Source of the DNA: a virus
Virus record (IMG/VR): IMGVR_UViG_3300029573_000061
Span: 1 to 12,697 of that record
Strand: one strand, 5' to 3'
DNA: 12,697 bases
Positions 1 through 6,833 of the stretch are shown here, piece by piece (the stretch's first letter is position 1; each line of letters opens with the position of its first letter). The notes under the pieces were generated by a model. The model saw only the letters and a program-made list of their open reading frames with translations, was not told the origin of the DNA and did not search any database. The position numbers and the translations under genes are program-made.

Positions 1-198
1 GACAGCTACGACCCGAAGACCAACACGCGCACTATCTCAAAGATTGAAAAAGTCTACGAGGTCAGCGTTTGCCCGTTCCCGGCTTACCCGGCGGCAAGCG
101 TTGAAGCGCGGAAGGCACGGCAAGACGGATTGAACCGCCTGGAAGCACTGAACAACGCGCGGATTCTTGCAAACATCATTTTGGCAAAGGAGTTTTAA
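1..198 (+). CDS. Prohead protease, HK97 family (C-terminal part of the gene that begins at 12218 and crosses the circular junction)
   Basis: Frame 1 from base 1 continues the frame of the ATG at 12218 (12599 is codon position 1 and equals base 1). Translation reads ...GMSFAFKVPQGGDSYDPKTNTRTISKIEKVYEVSVCPFPAYPAASVEARKARQDGLNRLEALNNARILANIILAKEF and stops at TAA 196-198. The catalytic-region motifs resemble HK97 gp4/U35 peptidases. The gene lies between portal and capsid as in HK97-like head modules. Confidence 0.8.
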   Translation, partial: DSYDPKTNTRTISKIEKVYEVSVCPFPAYPAASVEARKARQDGLNRLEALNNARILANIILAKEF

Positions 199-200
199 CC

Positions 201-1454
201 ATGTTTAAGACCGTTCAAGACGCATTCAACCACTACCGCAACTATTCCCTTGCGGACATTGAGAAGCGCGCCCAGGAGGTCAAGGGCGTTATTGAGACAG
301 ACCCCGGCGTAGACATCAAGGCCCTTAACATTGAGCTTACCGGCCTTGCGGAAGCCAAGGCCAACGCCCAGGAGAAGCAGGGCGACCAGGGCGGCGCACA
401 GGGCGCACAGGAGCCGGAGGCACGCGGCTACAACCCCATCACCGGCGCGAACTTTGCGGGCGGAAGCTACCAGGCGACCACGGGCGACGTTTACGCAAGC
501 GCGGAGTACCGCAGCGCCTTCTACAAGACCCTTACGGGCAAGAGCCTTAACCAGGCGGAGAAGAACGCATTTAACCGCGCTATGGAGATTGAGAAGCGGG
601 CCGGTTCGGACGCTTACACCACTTCCGGCAACACGCCCGTTATCATCCCAACGGCCACGCTCAACGAGATTGTGAGCAAGGCCCGCAACGAGGGCGGCAC
701 GCTTTCCATTGCCCGCGCGTTCAACATGCCCAGCAAGATTAGCATTCCCGTTGCCACGCCTTCCGGCAAGGCCGCATGGCACACGGAGGGCGCTACCGTG
801 AACACGGAGCAGCCCAGCGTTACCAACGTCACCTTTGACGCCAACGAGATTATCAAGATTTTCTCTATCAGCGCCAAGGTTAAGACCATGAGCATTAGCG
901 CGTTTGAGTCCTATCTTGCGGACGAACTCAACAAGTGCGTGTTTGAGTGCATCGCCGACAGCCTTATCAACGGCAACGGCACCAACCAGGGCATGGGACT
1001 TGAGAAGGGCGTTACCTGGAACGCCGAGAACAGCGTTACCGTTGCCAAGGGCGGTTCTATCGCCTACGCGGACGTTGTTAACACGGTTGCCCTTCTGAAG
1101 CGCGGCTATTCCAAGGGCGCTAAGTGGGTCATGAACAATGCCACCCTTTACCGCGTCTTCTATGGGATGCTGGACGGCAACAAGCGCCCCGTCTTCATCG
1201 CCGACACCCAGAACGACGGCATTGGCAAGATTCTGGGCTTTGAGGTTGTCGTAGATGATTATGTGGCCGACAACGTTTGCTATTTCGGCAACTTTGACTA
1301 TCTGGGCTACAACCTTGCCAACGGCATTGCGGTTGAGTCTTCTACCCAGTCCGCCTTCCGTTCCGGCCTTATCGACTATCGCGGCATGGCCATCGCCGAC
1401 ACGCGCGTTATCGTGCCGGAAGCCTTCACCAAGCTTGCCATTGCCACGGCCTAG
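201..1454 (+). CDS. Major capsid protein, HK97 fold, with an N-terminal scaffolding (delta) domain
   Basis: A 417-aa ORF begins 3 bp after the protease stop, with an AAGGAG ribosome-binding site at 187-192. The charged, coiled-coil-like N-terminal region (EKRAQEVKG...AEAKANAQEKQ) is followed by a capsid-fold region with an HK97-like C-terminus (GNFDYLGYNLANGIAVESS...GMAIADTRVIVPEAFTKL). Codon bias is strong toward CTT, CGC and AAC. Confidence 0.88.
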   Translation: MFKTVQDAFNHYRNYSLADIEKRAQEVKGVIETDPGVDIKALNIELTGLAEAKANAQEKQGDQGGAQGAQEPEARGYNPITGANFAGGSYQATTGDVYASAEYRSAFYKTLTGKSLNQAEKNAFNRAMEIEKRAGSDAYTTSGNTPVIIPTATLNEIVSKARNEGGTLSIARAFNMPSKISIPVATPSGKAAWHTEGATVNTEQPSVTNVTFDANEIIKIFSISAKVKTMSISAFESYLADELNKCVFECIADSLINGNGTNQGMGLEKGVTWNAENSVTVAKGGSIAYADVVNTVALLKRGYSKGAKWVMNNATLYRVFYGMLDGNKRPVFIADTQNDGIGKILGFEVVVDDYVADNVCYFGNFDYLGYNLANGIAVESSTQSAFRSGLIDYRGMAIADTRVIVPEAFTKLAIATA

Positions 1455-1466
1455 GGGGTATAGCGC

Positions 1467-1739
1467 ATGGCACAGGTTATAAGCATTGACGAAGCCCGCG
1501 AGTGGTTGCGCCTGGACGGCACCGACAACGACGCGGTTGTTTCCGGGCTTATCGACGGCGCGGCGGAGTACATCGCCATTGCTACCGGCCTGGACGCGAA
1601 CGCGCAAGCACAAAGCCCGTTGGCAAAGACGGCGACGAAGTTTCTTCTTTCGCTTTGGTACGACCCAACGCAGACCGACACCGACAGGCTGCAACGTTCA
1701 ATCGACAACCTGCTAAAGGCGGTTACGCACGTGGGCTAA
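1467..1739 (+). CDS. Head-tail connector protein (gp6-like, Phage_connect_1 family)
   Basis: A 90-aa protein beginning MAQVISIDEAREWLRLDGTDNDAVVSGLIDGAAEYIAIATG...LLSLWYDP...SIDNLLKAV. The size, N-terminal EA(K/R)xxLRxD motif and position immediately after the capsid gene match gp6-like head completion proteins. Confidence 0.75.
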   Translation: MAQVISIDEAREWLRLDGTDNDAVVSGLIDGAAEYIAIATGLDANAQAQSPLAKTATKFLLSLWYDPTQTDTDRLQRSIDNLLKAVTHVG

Positions 1740-1755
1740 AGGTGAGTGGTGGGCT

Positions 1756-2046
1756 ATGAAGGAATGGGCTAGACCGTTCTACACTTCCACGGCCTGGAGG
1801 AAGACCCAAAGGGCCTACATGGAAAGCAAGCACTATGTATGCGAGCGTTGCGGGAAACCCGCCTACATAGTCCACCACAAGACCTATCTAACGCCTAAGA
1901 ACATAGGCGACCCGGCAATAACGTTGGCATGGGACAACCTGGAAGCCCTATGCCAAACGTGCCACCAGCACGAGCATTTCAGAAACAACCAGGTAACGGC
2001 ACCGGGCTTGCGTTTCGACGCATCCGGGCAATTGACAAAGGAATAG
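1756..2046 (+). CDS. HNH endonuclease (phage packaging-associated)
   Basis: A 96-aa ORF carries WRKTQRAY...CERCGK...VHHKTYL...DNLEALCQTCHQHEH, the classic HNH and zinc-finger motifs. It sits just upstream of the terS-terL pair, as in HK97-like cos phages where the HNH protein assists terminase cleavage. Confidence 0.85.
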   Translation: MKEWARPFYTSTAWRKTQRAYMESKHYVCERCGKPAYIVHHKTYLTPKNIGDPAITLAWDNLEALCQTCHQHEHFRNNQVTAPGLRFDASGQLTKE

Positions 2047-2068
2047 GCGTTACGTTGCAGCAGACCGT

Positions 2069-2084
2069 TTGGGCCGTGGCCCAA
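2069..2084. repeat. Perfect 16-bp palindrome TTGGGCCGTGGCCCAA directly downstream of the HNH gene
   Basis: The reverse complement of TTGGGCC is GGCCCAA, with a 2-nt spacer. No T-tract follows, so it is not a canonical intrinsic terminator. It may be a protein-binding site, part of cos, or an RNA hairpin. Confidence 0.5.
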
Positions 2085-2465
2085 CCGTAACCCACGCGCA
2101 AGACCTATGGGGCCCTTGCCGGACTAGTCACCCGGCGGCGCTAACTAGTTCTTTCCGGTTCTTCTTCTTAGCGGTTCTTGTACCGGCCCCGGGCGGCGTG
2201 GAGTGGCGACCCATCCTAGCGCAAGGGCGGCAAGCCACGCGGTACCGCACGGAAGGGCTAGGCGGAAGCCTACGAACTGGGCGGGCTATCCTTACTTCTT
2301 CATCACCCAACCAGCTAGCGCGGTTCAAACGGCCTACTGGAGCGCAACGACCTAACCCGGACACCCCCAGCCCCCGAACGGACGGAAGGCGCGGCGTAAT
2401 CGAGCTGCCTACCTTTCCTTACCCGTCCGGGGTTTTCCATATGAGGGGGGTATATTTTGATATGA

Positions 2466-2481
2466 AAGACAGCAAGACAGC
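2466..2481 (+). promoter_or_regulatory. Tandem AAGACAGC x2 motif (copy 1 of 3 loci), abutting TTGACA at 2482-2487, upstream of terS
   Basis: The exact string AAGACAGCAAGACAGC recurs at 10863-10878 and as three units at 5050-5073. Each copy is intergenic and upstream of an operon. Confidence 0.6.
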
Positions 2482-2502
2482 TTGACATGTTGGGGTAATG
2501 GC

Positions 2503-2850
2503 ATGGAGATAGACAAAGACAAAATCAGACGCGCGGAAACGCGCAAGCTTAACCGGCTTGTTAAGGCCGTGCCGGACGAAAAGAAGACCGTTGCACAGAG
2601 CCTAACCAGGGAACTTGTCTTCATGGCGGGGACGCTGGAGGAGCTAAGGGCGTTCGTTGACGAAAACGGCGCGGTTGACAACTTCAAAAACGGGCGGCAA
2701 GAGATGCTAAGGGAATCCCCGGCGTTGAAGAGCTACAGTACGCTTATTCAGCGCTACAGCCTTCTTTACAAGCAGCTTTGCGACCTACTGCCTAAAGAGG
2801 TAGCCAAACAGGCGGAAGACGAACTAATGAACTTCCTGGGCATGGGCTAG
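2503..2850 (+). CDS. terS: Terminase small subunit, P27 family
   Basis: A 115-aa protein MEIDKDKIRRAETRKLNRLVKAVPDEKKTVAQSLTRELVFMAGTLEELRAF...YSLLYKQLCDLL matches the pattern of P27-family small terminases paired with HNH and Terminase_1 TerL. The start is chosen at the ATG at 2503, since the TTG at 2482 lacks a ribosome-binding site. The gene lies directly upstream of terL. Confidence 0.75.
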   Translation: MEIDKDKIRRAETRKLNRLVKAVPDEKKTVAQSLTRELVFMAGTLEELRAFVDENGAVDNFKNGRQEMLRESPALKSYSTLIQRYSLLYKQLCDLLPKEVAKQAEDELMNFLGMG

Positions 2851-2863
2851 GGGGCGGCAAGGC

Positions 2864-4504
2864 ATGAACTACCTAAAAGCCTACCTGGACGCGATAGAAG
2901 GCGGTGAGATTGTCGTATGCAAGCGGATACGGAAGGTTTACACGCGCCTTGTCTACGAAGCGGAAAACCCCGGCAAGTATCGCTTTGACGAAGAGCGGGC
3001 AAACCGCCCCATAGAATTCATTGAGCGCTTTTGCAAGCACAGCAAGGGCGAATGGGCGGGGCAACCCGTGCGCCTGGAGCTATTCCAGAAAGCTTTCATT
3101 AGTGCCTTGTTCGGCTTTGTTGACAGCAAGACAGGCTTTAGAAAGTACCGTGAAGCCTTCTTCATGGTTGCCCGGAAGAACGGAAAAAGCACGATGCTTG
3201 CGGGCATCGCCCTATACATGTTGCTTGCGGACGGGGAAGCGGGCGCGGAAGTCTACAGCGTTGCCACGAAGAAAGACCAGGCCAAAATCATTTTTGACGA
3301 AGTTTGCCACATGGTGAGCCAAAGCCCCTACCTGCGTAAGCACATCAAGAAGCGCAAAAGTGACCTTTACTTTTCGGCTTCAATGAGCAAGCTACAGCCC
3401 CTGGGCAAGAATTCCGACACCCTGGACGGCCTTAATTCGTCTTGCGTAATCCTGGACGAAGCCCACGCGGTGAAAGACCGCAACTTGTACGAGGTAATGA
3501 AGCAATCGCAAAGCGCTAGGACGCAGCCACTTTTCGTCACAATCACCACGGCGGGAACCGTGCGGGAATGCATCTTCGACGATATGTATTCCTACGCTTG
3601 CAAGGTTGCGGACGGGGTAATAACAGACCCAACATTTTTGCCAATCGTCTACGAGCTGGACAGCAAGGCCGAATGGAAAGACCCCGGCGCATGGTTCAAG
3701 CCAAACCCAGGGCTAGGACGGATAAAGAAGCTTGAAGACCTAATGGCGAAAGTCGAACGCGCAAAGCAAAGCCCAAAAGACCTTAGCGGCATTCTCTGCA
3801 AGGACTTCAACGTAAGGGAAACGCTTTACAACGCATGGCTTGACTTCGACACGATTAACAACGAATCGACATTCAGCCTAGAAGACTTTAGGGGTTGCTA
3901 TGCCATAGGCGGCGCGGACTTGTCACTAACGACAGACCTAACGTGTGCAACCGTCCTAATGCTCAACCCGGAAACGCGCGAGCGGTTCGTTTGGCAAATG
4001 TATTGGCTACCGGAAGACAACTTCAACCAGCGCGTTGCAGAGGAAAAAATACCCTACGACAAATGGCGGGAAGCGGGCCTGGTAAGGCTTTGCCGGGGAA
4101 ACACAATCGACTATAGCGACGTGACAGCGTGGTTTCTGGAGCTAGTCAACGAACACGGCATAACGCCTCTATGGGTTTACTACGACAGTTGGAGCGCCCG
4201 TTACTGGGTTGAGGAAATGGAGGGCTACGGCTTCAAAATGGAGCGGTGCATACAGGGGGCCAAGACGCTTTCACTTCCAATGCAAAACCTGGGCGCGGAC
4301 TTGCAGGCAAAGAAAGTCAACTACAACAACAACCCAATCTTGAAATGGTGCCTAACCAACACGGCGGTACAGGAAGACAGGAACGGCAACATAGTCCCAA
4401 AGAAGGCAAGCAGCCCGAAACAGCGCATAGACGGCACGGCAAGCCTTCTGGACGCTTACGTAGGGCTTTACGAGAAATACAACGAGTTTCTAAACGCACT
4501 GTAG
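2864..4504 (+). CDS. terL: Terminase large subunit (Terminase_1 family: ATPase plus RNaseH-like nuclease)
   Basis: A 546-aa protein with the Walker A-like motif VARKNGKST, a Walker B/DE region (SCVILDEAHAV) and a C-terminal nuclease motif (KQRIDGTASLLDAYV). The GGGGCGGCAAGG ribosome-binding region precedes the ATG at 2864. Confidence 0.9.
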   Translation: MNYLKAYLDAIEGGEIVVCKRIRKVYTRLVYEAENPGKYRFDEERANRPIEFIERFCKHSKGEWAGQPVRLELFQKAFISALFGFVDSKTGFRKYREAFFMVARKNGKSTMLAGIALYMLLADGEAGAEVYSVATKKDQAKIIFDEVCHMVSQSPYLRKHIKKRKSDLYFSASMSKLQPLGKNSDTLDGLNSSCVILDEAHAVKDRNLYEVMKQSQSARTQPLFVTITTAGTVRECIFDDMYSYACKVADGVITDPTFLPIVYELDSKAEWKDPGAWFKPNPGLGRIKKLEDLMAKVERAKQSPKDLSGILCKDFNVRETLYNAWLDFDTINNESTFSLEDFRGCYAIGGADLSLTTDLTCATVLMLNPETRERFVWQMYWLPEDNFNQRVAEEKIPYDKWREAGLVRLCRGNTIDYSDVTAWFLELVNEHGITPLWVYYDSWSARYWVEEMEGYGFKMERCIQGAKTLSLPMQNLGADLQAKKVNYNNNPILKWCLTNTAVQEDRNGNIVPKKASSPKQRIDGTASLLDAYVGLYEKYNEFLNAL

Positions 4505-4518
4505 AAGGAGGGCTAGAA

Positions 4519-4923
4519 ATGGCCGGAAAACAGGTTCTAAAGGATAAGAAAATCGTTATCTACAAGAAGCTAAGCTATAGGGATGCGGAGGGCTATCCGA
4601 CTACCGGCTATATGCCGGTACACCCGCAGCCTAGTATCTGGGCTTACTTCAAACAGCTTTCGACAAGCCTTGTCTATGCGAGCAGCACCACGACCACAAA
4701 GGAAGATTGCCTTTTCCGTATCAATTGGCTGGATTGCTTGCGCACGGCTTACCCCAGCGACCTGGTAATCGGGTATAGGGGCATTCTCTACCAGGTTACG
4801 CGCATTGACCCATACGAGGACTATACGCGCGACATGGTTTTGTACGGTAGCCGAAAGGACGGCAATACCATTAGCCCAATAATCCCTTACGACCCCAAGA
4901 AGCTAGCCCAAAACGGGAAATAG
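4519..4923 (+). CDS. Head closure / head-tail joining protein (Phage_H_T_join, SPP1 gp16-like)
   Basis: A 134-aa ORF with a strong ribosome-binding site (AAGGAGGG) before the ATG at 4519. It carries the family-typical C-terminal pattern ...KEDCLFRINWLDCLRTAYPSDLVIGYRGILYQVTRIDPYEDYTRDMVLYG. The long ORF-track N-terminal extension (4246-4518) overlaps terL and is rejected. Confidence 0.7.
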   Translation: MAGKQVLKDKKIVIYKKLSYRDAEGYPTTGYMPVHPQPSIWAYFKQLSTSLVYASSTTTTKEDCLFRINWLDCLRTAYPSDLVIGYRGILYQVTRIDPYEDYTRDMVLYGSRKDGNTISPIIPYDPKKLAQNGK

Positions 4924-4986
4924 CCCCAGGAGCCACAGAAAGCCCCGTAGCGGCGCGTTAGCGCGGCAATGGGCAAATACTCAAAG

Positions 4987-5031
4987 CGGCCTTTTAGAAC
5001 GCCTTAAAAGCGATTCTAGAAGGCCGTTTTT
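4987..5031 (+). terminator. Rho-independent terminator candidate after the terS-terL-head closure operon
   Basis: CGGCCTT (4987-4993) pairs with AAGGCCG (5020-5026), and inner pairing is TAGAA/TTCTA and CGC/GCG around a CTTAAAA loop. A TTTTT tract follows at 5027-5031. The hairpin is long and imperfect. Confidence 0.5.
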
Positions 5032-5049
5032 CTATGCAAACAAAGCTAG

Positions 5050-5073
5050 CAAGACAGCAAGACAGCAAGACAG
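5050..5073 (+). promoter_or_regulatory. Tandem CAAGACAG x3 motif (copy 2 of 3 loci), 20 bp upstream of a -35 element
   Basis: The sequence is CAAGACAGCAAGACAGCAAGACAGC, the same 8-mer unit as at 2466-2481 and 10863-10878. Confidence 0.6.
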
Positions 5074-5092
5074 CAAACAAATCAAAAATCTA

Positions 5093-5122
5093 TTGACAAG
5101 TTAGCCATATGGCCGTTAAAAT
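5093..5122 (+). promoter_or_regulatory. Sigma70-type promoter (-35 TTGACA, 18-bp spacer, -10 TAAAAT)
   Basis: TTGACA lies at 5093-5098 and TAAAAT at 5117-5122. The shared CATATGG..TAAAAT core also occurs at the portal-operon promoter (10933-10945). The predicted transcription start is near 5130, upstream of the SD-preceded ATG at 5163. Confidence 0.6.
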
Positions 5123-5162
5123 GGACAATGTAGTAACGGACTGCCTAGAAGAAGGGGCGACC

Positions 5163-5978
5163 ATGGTTAACGTTATCGACCTATCGGACATTGGGGCGGC
5201 AAGGGAAGACGAAAAGCCAAAGAGCAAGGGCATTCACATTGCCGTCATTGAGCCGGGGAAAGACCCGTACTTGAAGAAGGTAGCCCCGGACGCGGACGGC
5301 AGCTATCTGGGCGCGTTTCAAGACGAGGTAGGCGTGCTTGTGGAAGCCTACGAACCGCCATTCGGTGAAACGCCCTTGCTTTGGGTCAACGAAGAACTTC
5401 CGTTCAACGGCTCAACGCCAAACCGCGCAATCTACGCAAACAAGCGCATGGAGGGCATGGGCTATCTTTCCGAATTCGGCGACCACAGCAAGGCGGTAAA
5501 GGCGGGCGAGCTGTACGGCATCATTTGCGGCACGTTCATTGCCGTTTCGTACGACAGGGACGAAGAGGGCAACGACAAGCCCAGGGACATAACCGTAGAA
5601 GAATGGCTGGACGTGTGCGCGGCTTTCGCGGGCATCCGCAGCGTTCTTAGCGGTGCCCTGGAGGTCACGGGCCTACAGCGCGAGCATTGCACCGAACACA
5701 TAAAGGTGAACTTGCCCGGAAGCAAGGCGGACGAAGGCACCGGCAACGGTGAAGGCGTTTGGGTTCTTGTGAACAAGCCCGTGAAAGAAGACTACGACGC
5801 GGACGCGCGGGGCGGTTTCTATTTCGGCATCCTGGACAACGATTCTTGCTATTGGCCCGGACTCAACCACGGGGCCGTTATCCCGTTCGAAATGCGCGGC
5901 GACAAGCGACCCGTAGCGCCATATGAATGGCTTTACGACGGTTCAGAGCGCGAAAAGAAGTTCGGGAAGCTGGACTAG
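5163..5978 (+). CDS. DUF3846-like domain protein (N-terminal domain) with an uncharacterised C-terminal region
   Basis: The N-terminal segment IHIAVIEPGKDPYLKKVAPDADGSYLGAFQDEVGVLVEAYEPPFGETPLLWVNEELPFNGSTPNRAIY...GELYGIICGTFIAVSYDRDEEGNDKPRDITVEEWLDV follows my remembered DUF3846 pattern (IEPGK...LQ..VGG.IE...NEEG...N...I.G.F.I). That domain is common on conjugative and mobile elements, often near anti-restriction genes. The start is chosen at the ATG at 5163 (AAGGGG ribosome-binding site), because the ATGs at 5109 and 5121 fall inside the predicted promoter. Confidence 0.45.
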   Translation: MVNVIDLSDIGAAREDEKPKSKGIHIAVIEPGKDPYLKKVAPDADGSYLGAFQDEVGVLVEAYEPPFGETPLLWVNEELPFNGSTPNRAIYANKRMEGMGYLSEFGDHSKAVKAGELYGIICGTFIAVSYDRDEEGNDKPRDITVEEWLDVCAAFAGIRSVLSGALEVTGLQREHCTEHIKVNLPGSKADEGTGNGEGVWVLVNKPVKEDYDADARGGFYFGILDNDSCYWPGLNHGAVIPFEMRGDKRPVAPYEWLYDGSEREKKFGKLD

Positions 5979-5986
5979 GGGCGACC

Positions 5987-6052
5987 ATGAAACCAGGCGA
6001 CTTTATCCGAAAGGAAGACCCGCACGGCAAGAAACTGGAGGGTACCAAATGA
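5987..6052 (+). CDS. Possible 21-aa upstream ORF (MKPGDFIRKEDPHGKKLEGTK) translationally coupled to the next gene
   Basis: A GGGG ribosome-binding site lies 4 nt upstream of the ATG at 5987. The stop TGA at 6050-6052 overlaps the ATG at 6049 of the downstream gene in an ATGA arrangement. Such a small ORF may be fortuitous. Confidence 0.2.
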   Translation: MKPGDFIRKEDPHGKKLEGTK

Positions 6053-6369
6053 GCAAATGGGTTGTAACGCGCAAGCTTACGGGCGCGTTTGAGGGCTTCA
6101 AACAGTCTTTGACGATTGACGCGGACGCGGTAGCCATCCCGCTTGACGCGGAAATAGACGAGGGCGGCGCGGTTGCCCGCTTCAACGGCTTTGCAATCCC
6201 GCTGGAACCGGGCGACAGGGTTAACCAGGCGCGAGTTTGCCCGGAGTGCGGGCGCGTTTACACGGAATACCCGGCGCTAAGCCGCAAGGACAACCAGACG
6301 GAAATTTGCCCGGAATGCGGCACACGTGAAGCCCTGGAAGCGTTCGAACGATACCAGGAAGGACGGTAA
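6049..6369 (+). CDS. Zinc-ribbon protein with a double CPECG motif, function unknown
   Basis: A 106-aa ORF with a GGAGGG ribosome-binding site 7 nt upstream. Two CxxC pairs (CPECGRVY...CPECGTRE) are spaced as in a Zn-ribbon. I do not recognise a family for it. Confidence 0.55.
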   Translation: MSKWVVTRKLTGAFEGFKQSLTIDADAVAIPLDAEIDEGGAVARFNGFAIPLEPGDRVNQARVCPECGRVYTEYPALSRKDNQTEICPECGTREALEAFERYQEGR

Positions 6370-6374
6370 AAGGC

Positions 6375-6833
6375 ATGGGAAGCTATACCCTTTACGCCCT
6401 TGCTGTACCGGACGGGCGAATACCGCGCCTTTACGTGGGCGTTACCGCCCAGAAGCCTACTAGGCGCTGGAACGGCGGCGAGGGCTACAAGAGCTCGGCA
6501 AAGTTCTACCAGGCAATCAAGGCTTGCGGCTGGAACAACGTTAGGCACTTCATCATTGCGGACGGCTTGACGGAAGAAGAAGCCTACAGGCTGGAGCGCG
6601 AGGAAATAGGCCGAATGCGGCTAACCGCCCTGGGCTGGAACGTGGCACCGGGCGGCAAGGAACCATGGAACAAGGGCAAGACGGGCGTTTTCACAGCGGA
6701 AGCCCTGGAGAAAATGCGGCGGGCGAAGATAGGCAACAAATACGCGGCGAAGAAGAGAAAGGGGCCGGAATATGAAGGCGATAGCGATAGTGAACCAGAA
6801 GGGCGGCGTTGGAAAGACAACGACAGCCGTTAA
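6375..6833 (+). CDS. GIY-YIG nuclease family protein with a NUMOD3-like motif (homing-endonuclease-like)
   Basis: TLYALAV...RLYVGVTAQKPTRRW has the GIY-(10 aa)-YIG spacing and the conserved Arg. The downstream acidic motif LEREEI and the segment GKTGVFTAEALEKMRRAKIGNK resemble a NUMOD3 DNA-binding module. The 3' end overlaps parA by 62 nt in another frame. Confidence 0.55.
   Translation: MGSYTLYALAVPDGRIPRLYVGVTAQKPTRRWNGGEGYKSSAKFYQAIKACGWNNVRHFIIADGLTEEEAYRLEREEIGRMRLTALGWNVAPGGKEPWNKGKTGVFTAEALEKMRRAKIGNKYAAKKRKGPEYEGDSDSEPEGRRWKDNDSR

Noticed and set aside
195-1694. 499-aa ORF on the minus strand covering the whole capsid gene
   Set aside because: It is antisense to a well-supported capsid CDS. 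The translation is low-complexity (Ala/Gly/Val/Arg/Leu-rich) and has no ribosome-binding site, which is typical of stop-codon-poor antisense frames in GC-rich coding DNA. The same applies to the other minus-strand ORFs in the track.
2316-2340. tRNA-like T-loop sequence GGTTCAAAC
   Set aside because: The flanking bases do not form a T-stem or an acceptor stem (CGCGG before and GGCCT after are not complementary). No cloverleaf can be drawn.
2069-2485. 138-aa + strand ORF and 78-aa minus-strand ORF in the HNH-terS intergenic region
   Set aside because: Both translations are Arg/Pro/Gly-rich and low-complexity. They have no ribosome-binding site and no start context. The region is better explained as non-coding (cos or regulatory).
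2482-2487. TTGACA directly after the first AAGACAGC repeat, considered as the -35 of the terS promoter
   Set aside because: With a 16-18-bp spacer the -10 would be GGAGAT/GAGATA, which is poor. The transcription start would also fall downstream of the only plausible terS start at 2503. It is kept only as part of the conserved motif, not called as a promoter.
4246-4518. Long N-terminal extension of the head-closure ORF (track ORF 4246-4923)
   Set aside because: It overlaps the 3' end of terL in another frame, has no ribosome-binding site, and its translation is Gly/Arg/Gln-rich. A strong SD (AAGGAGGG) precedes the internal ATG at 4519.
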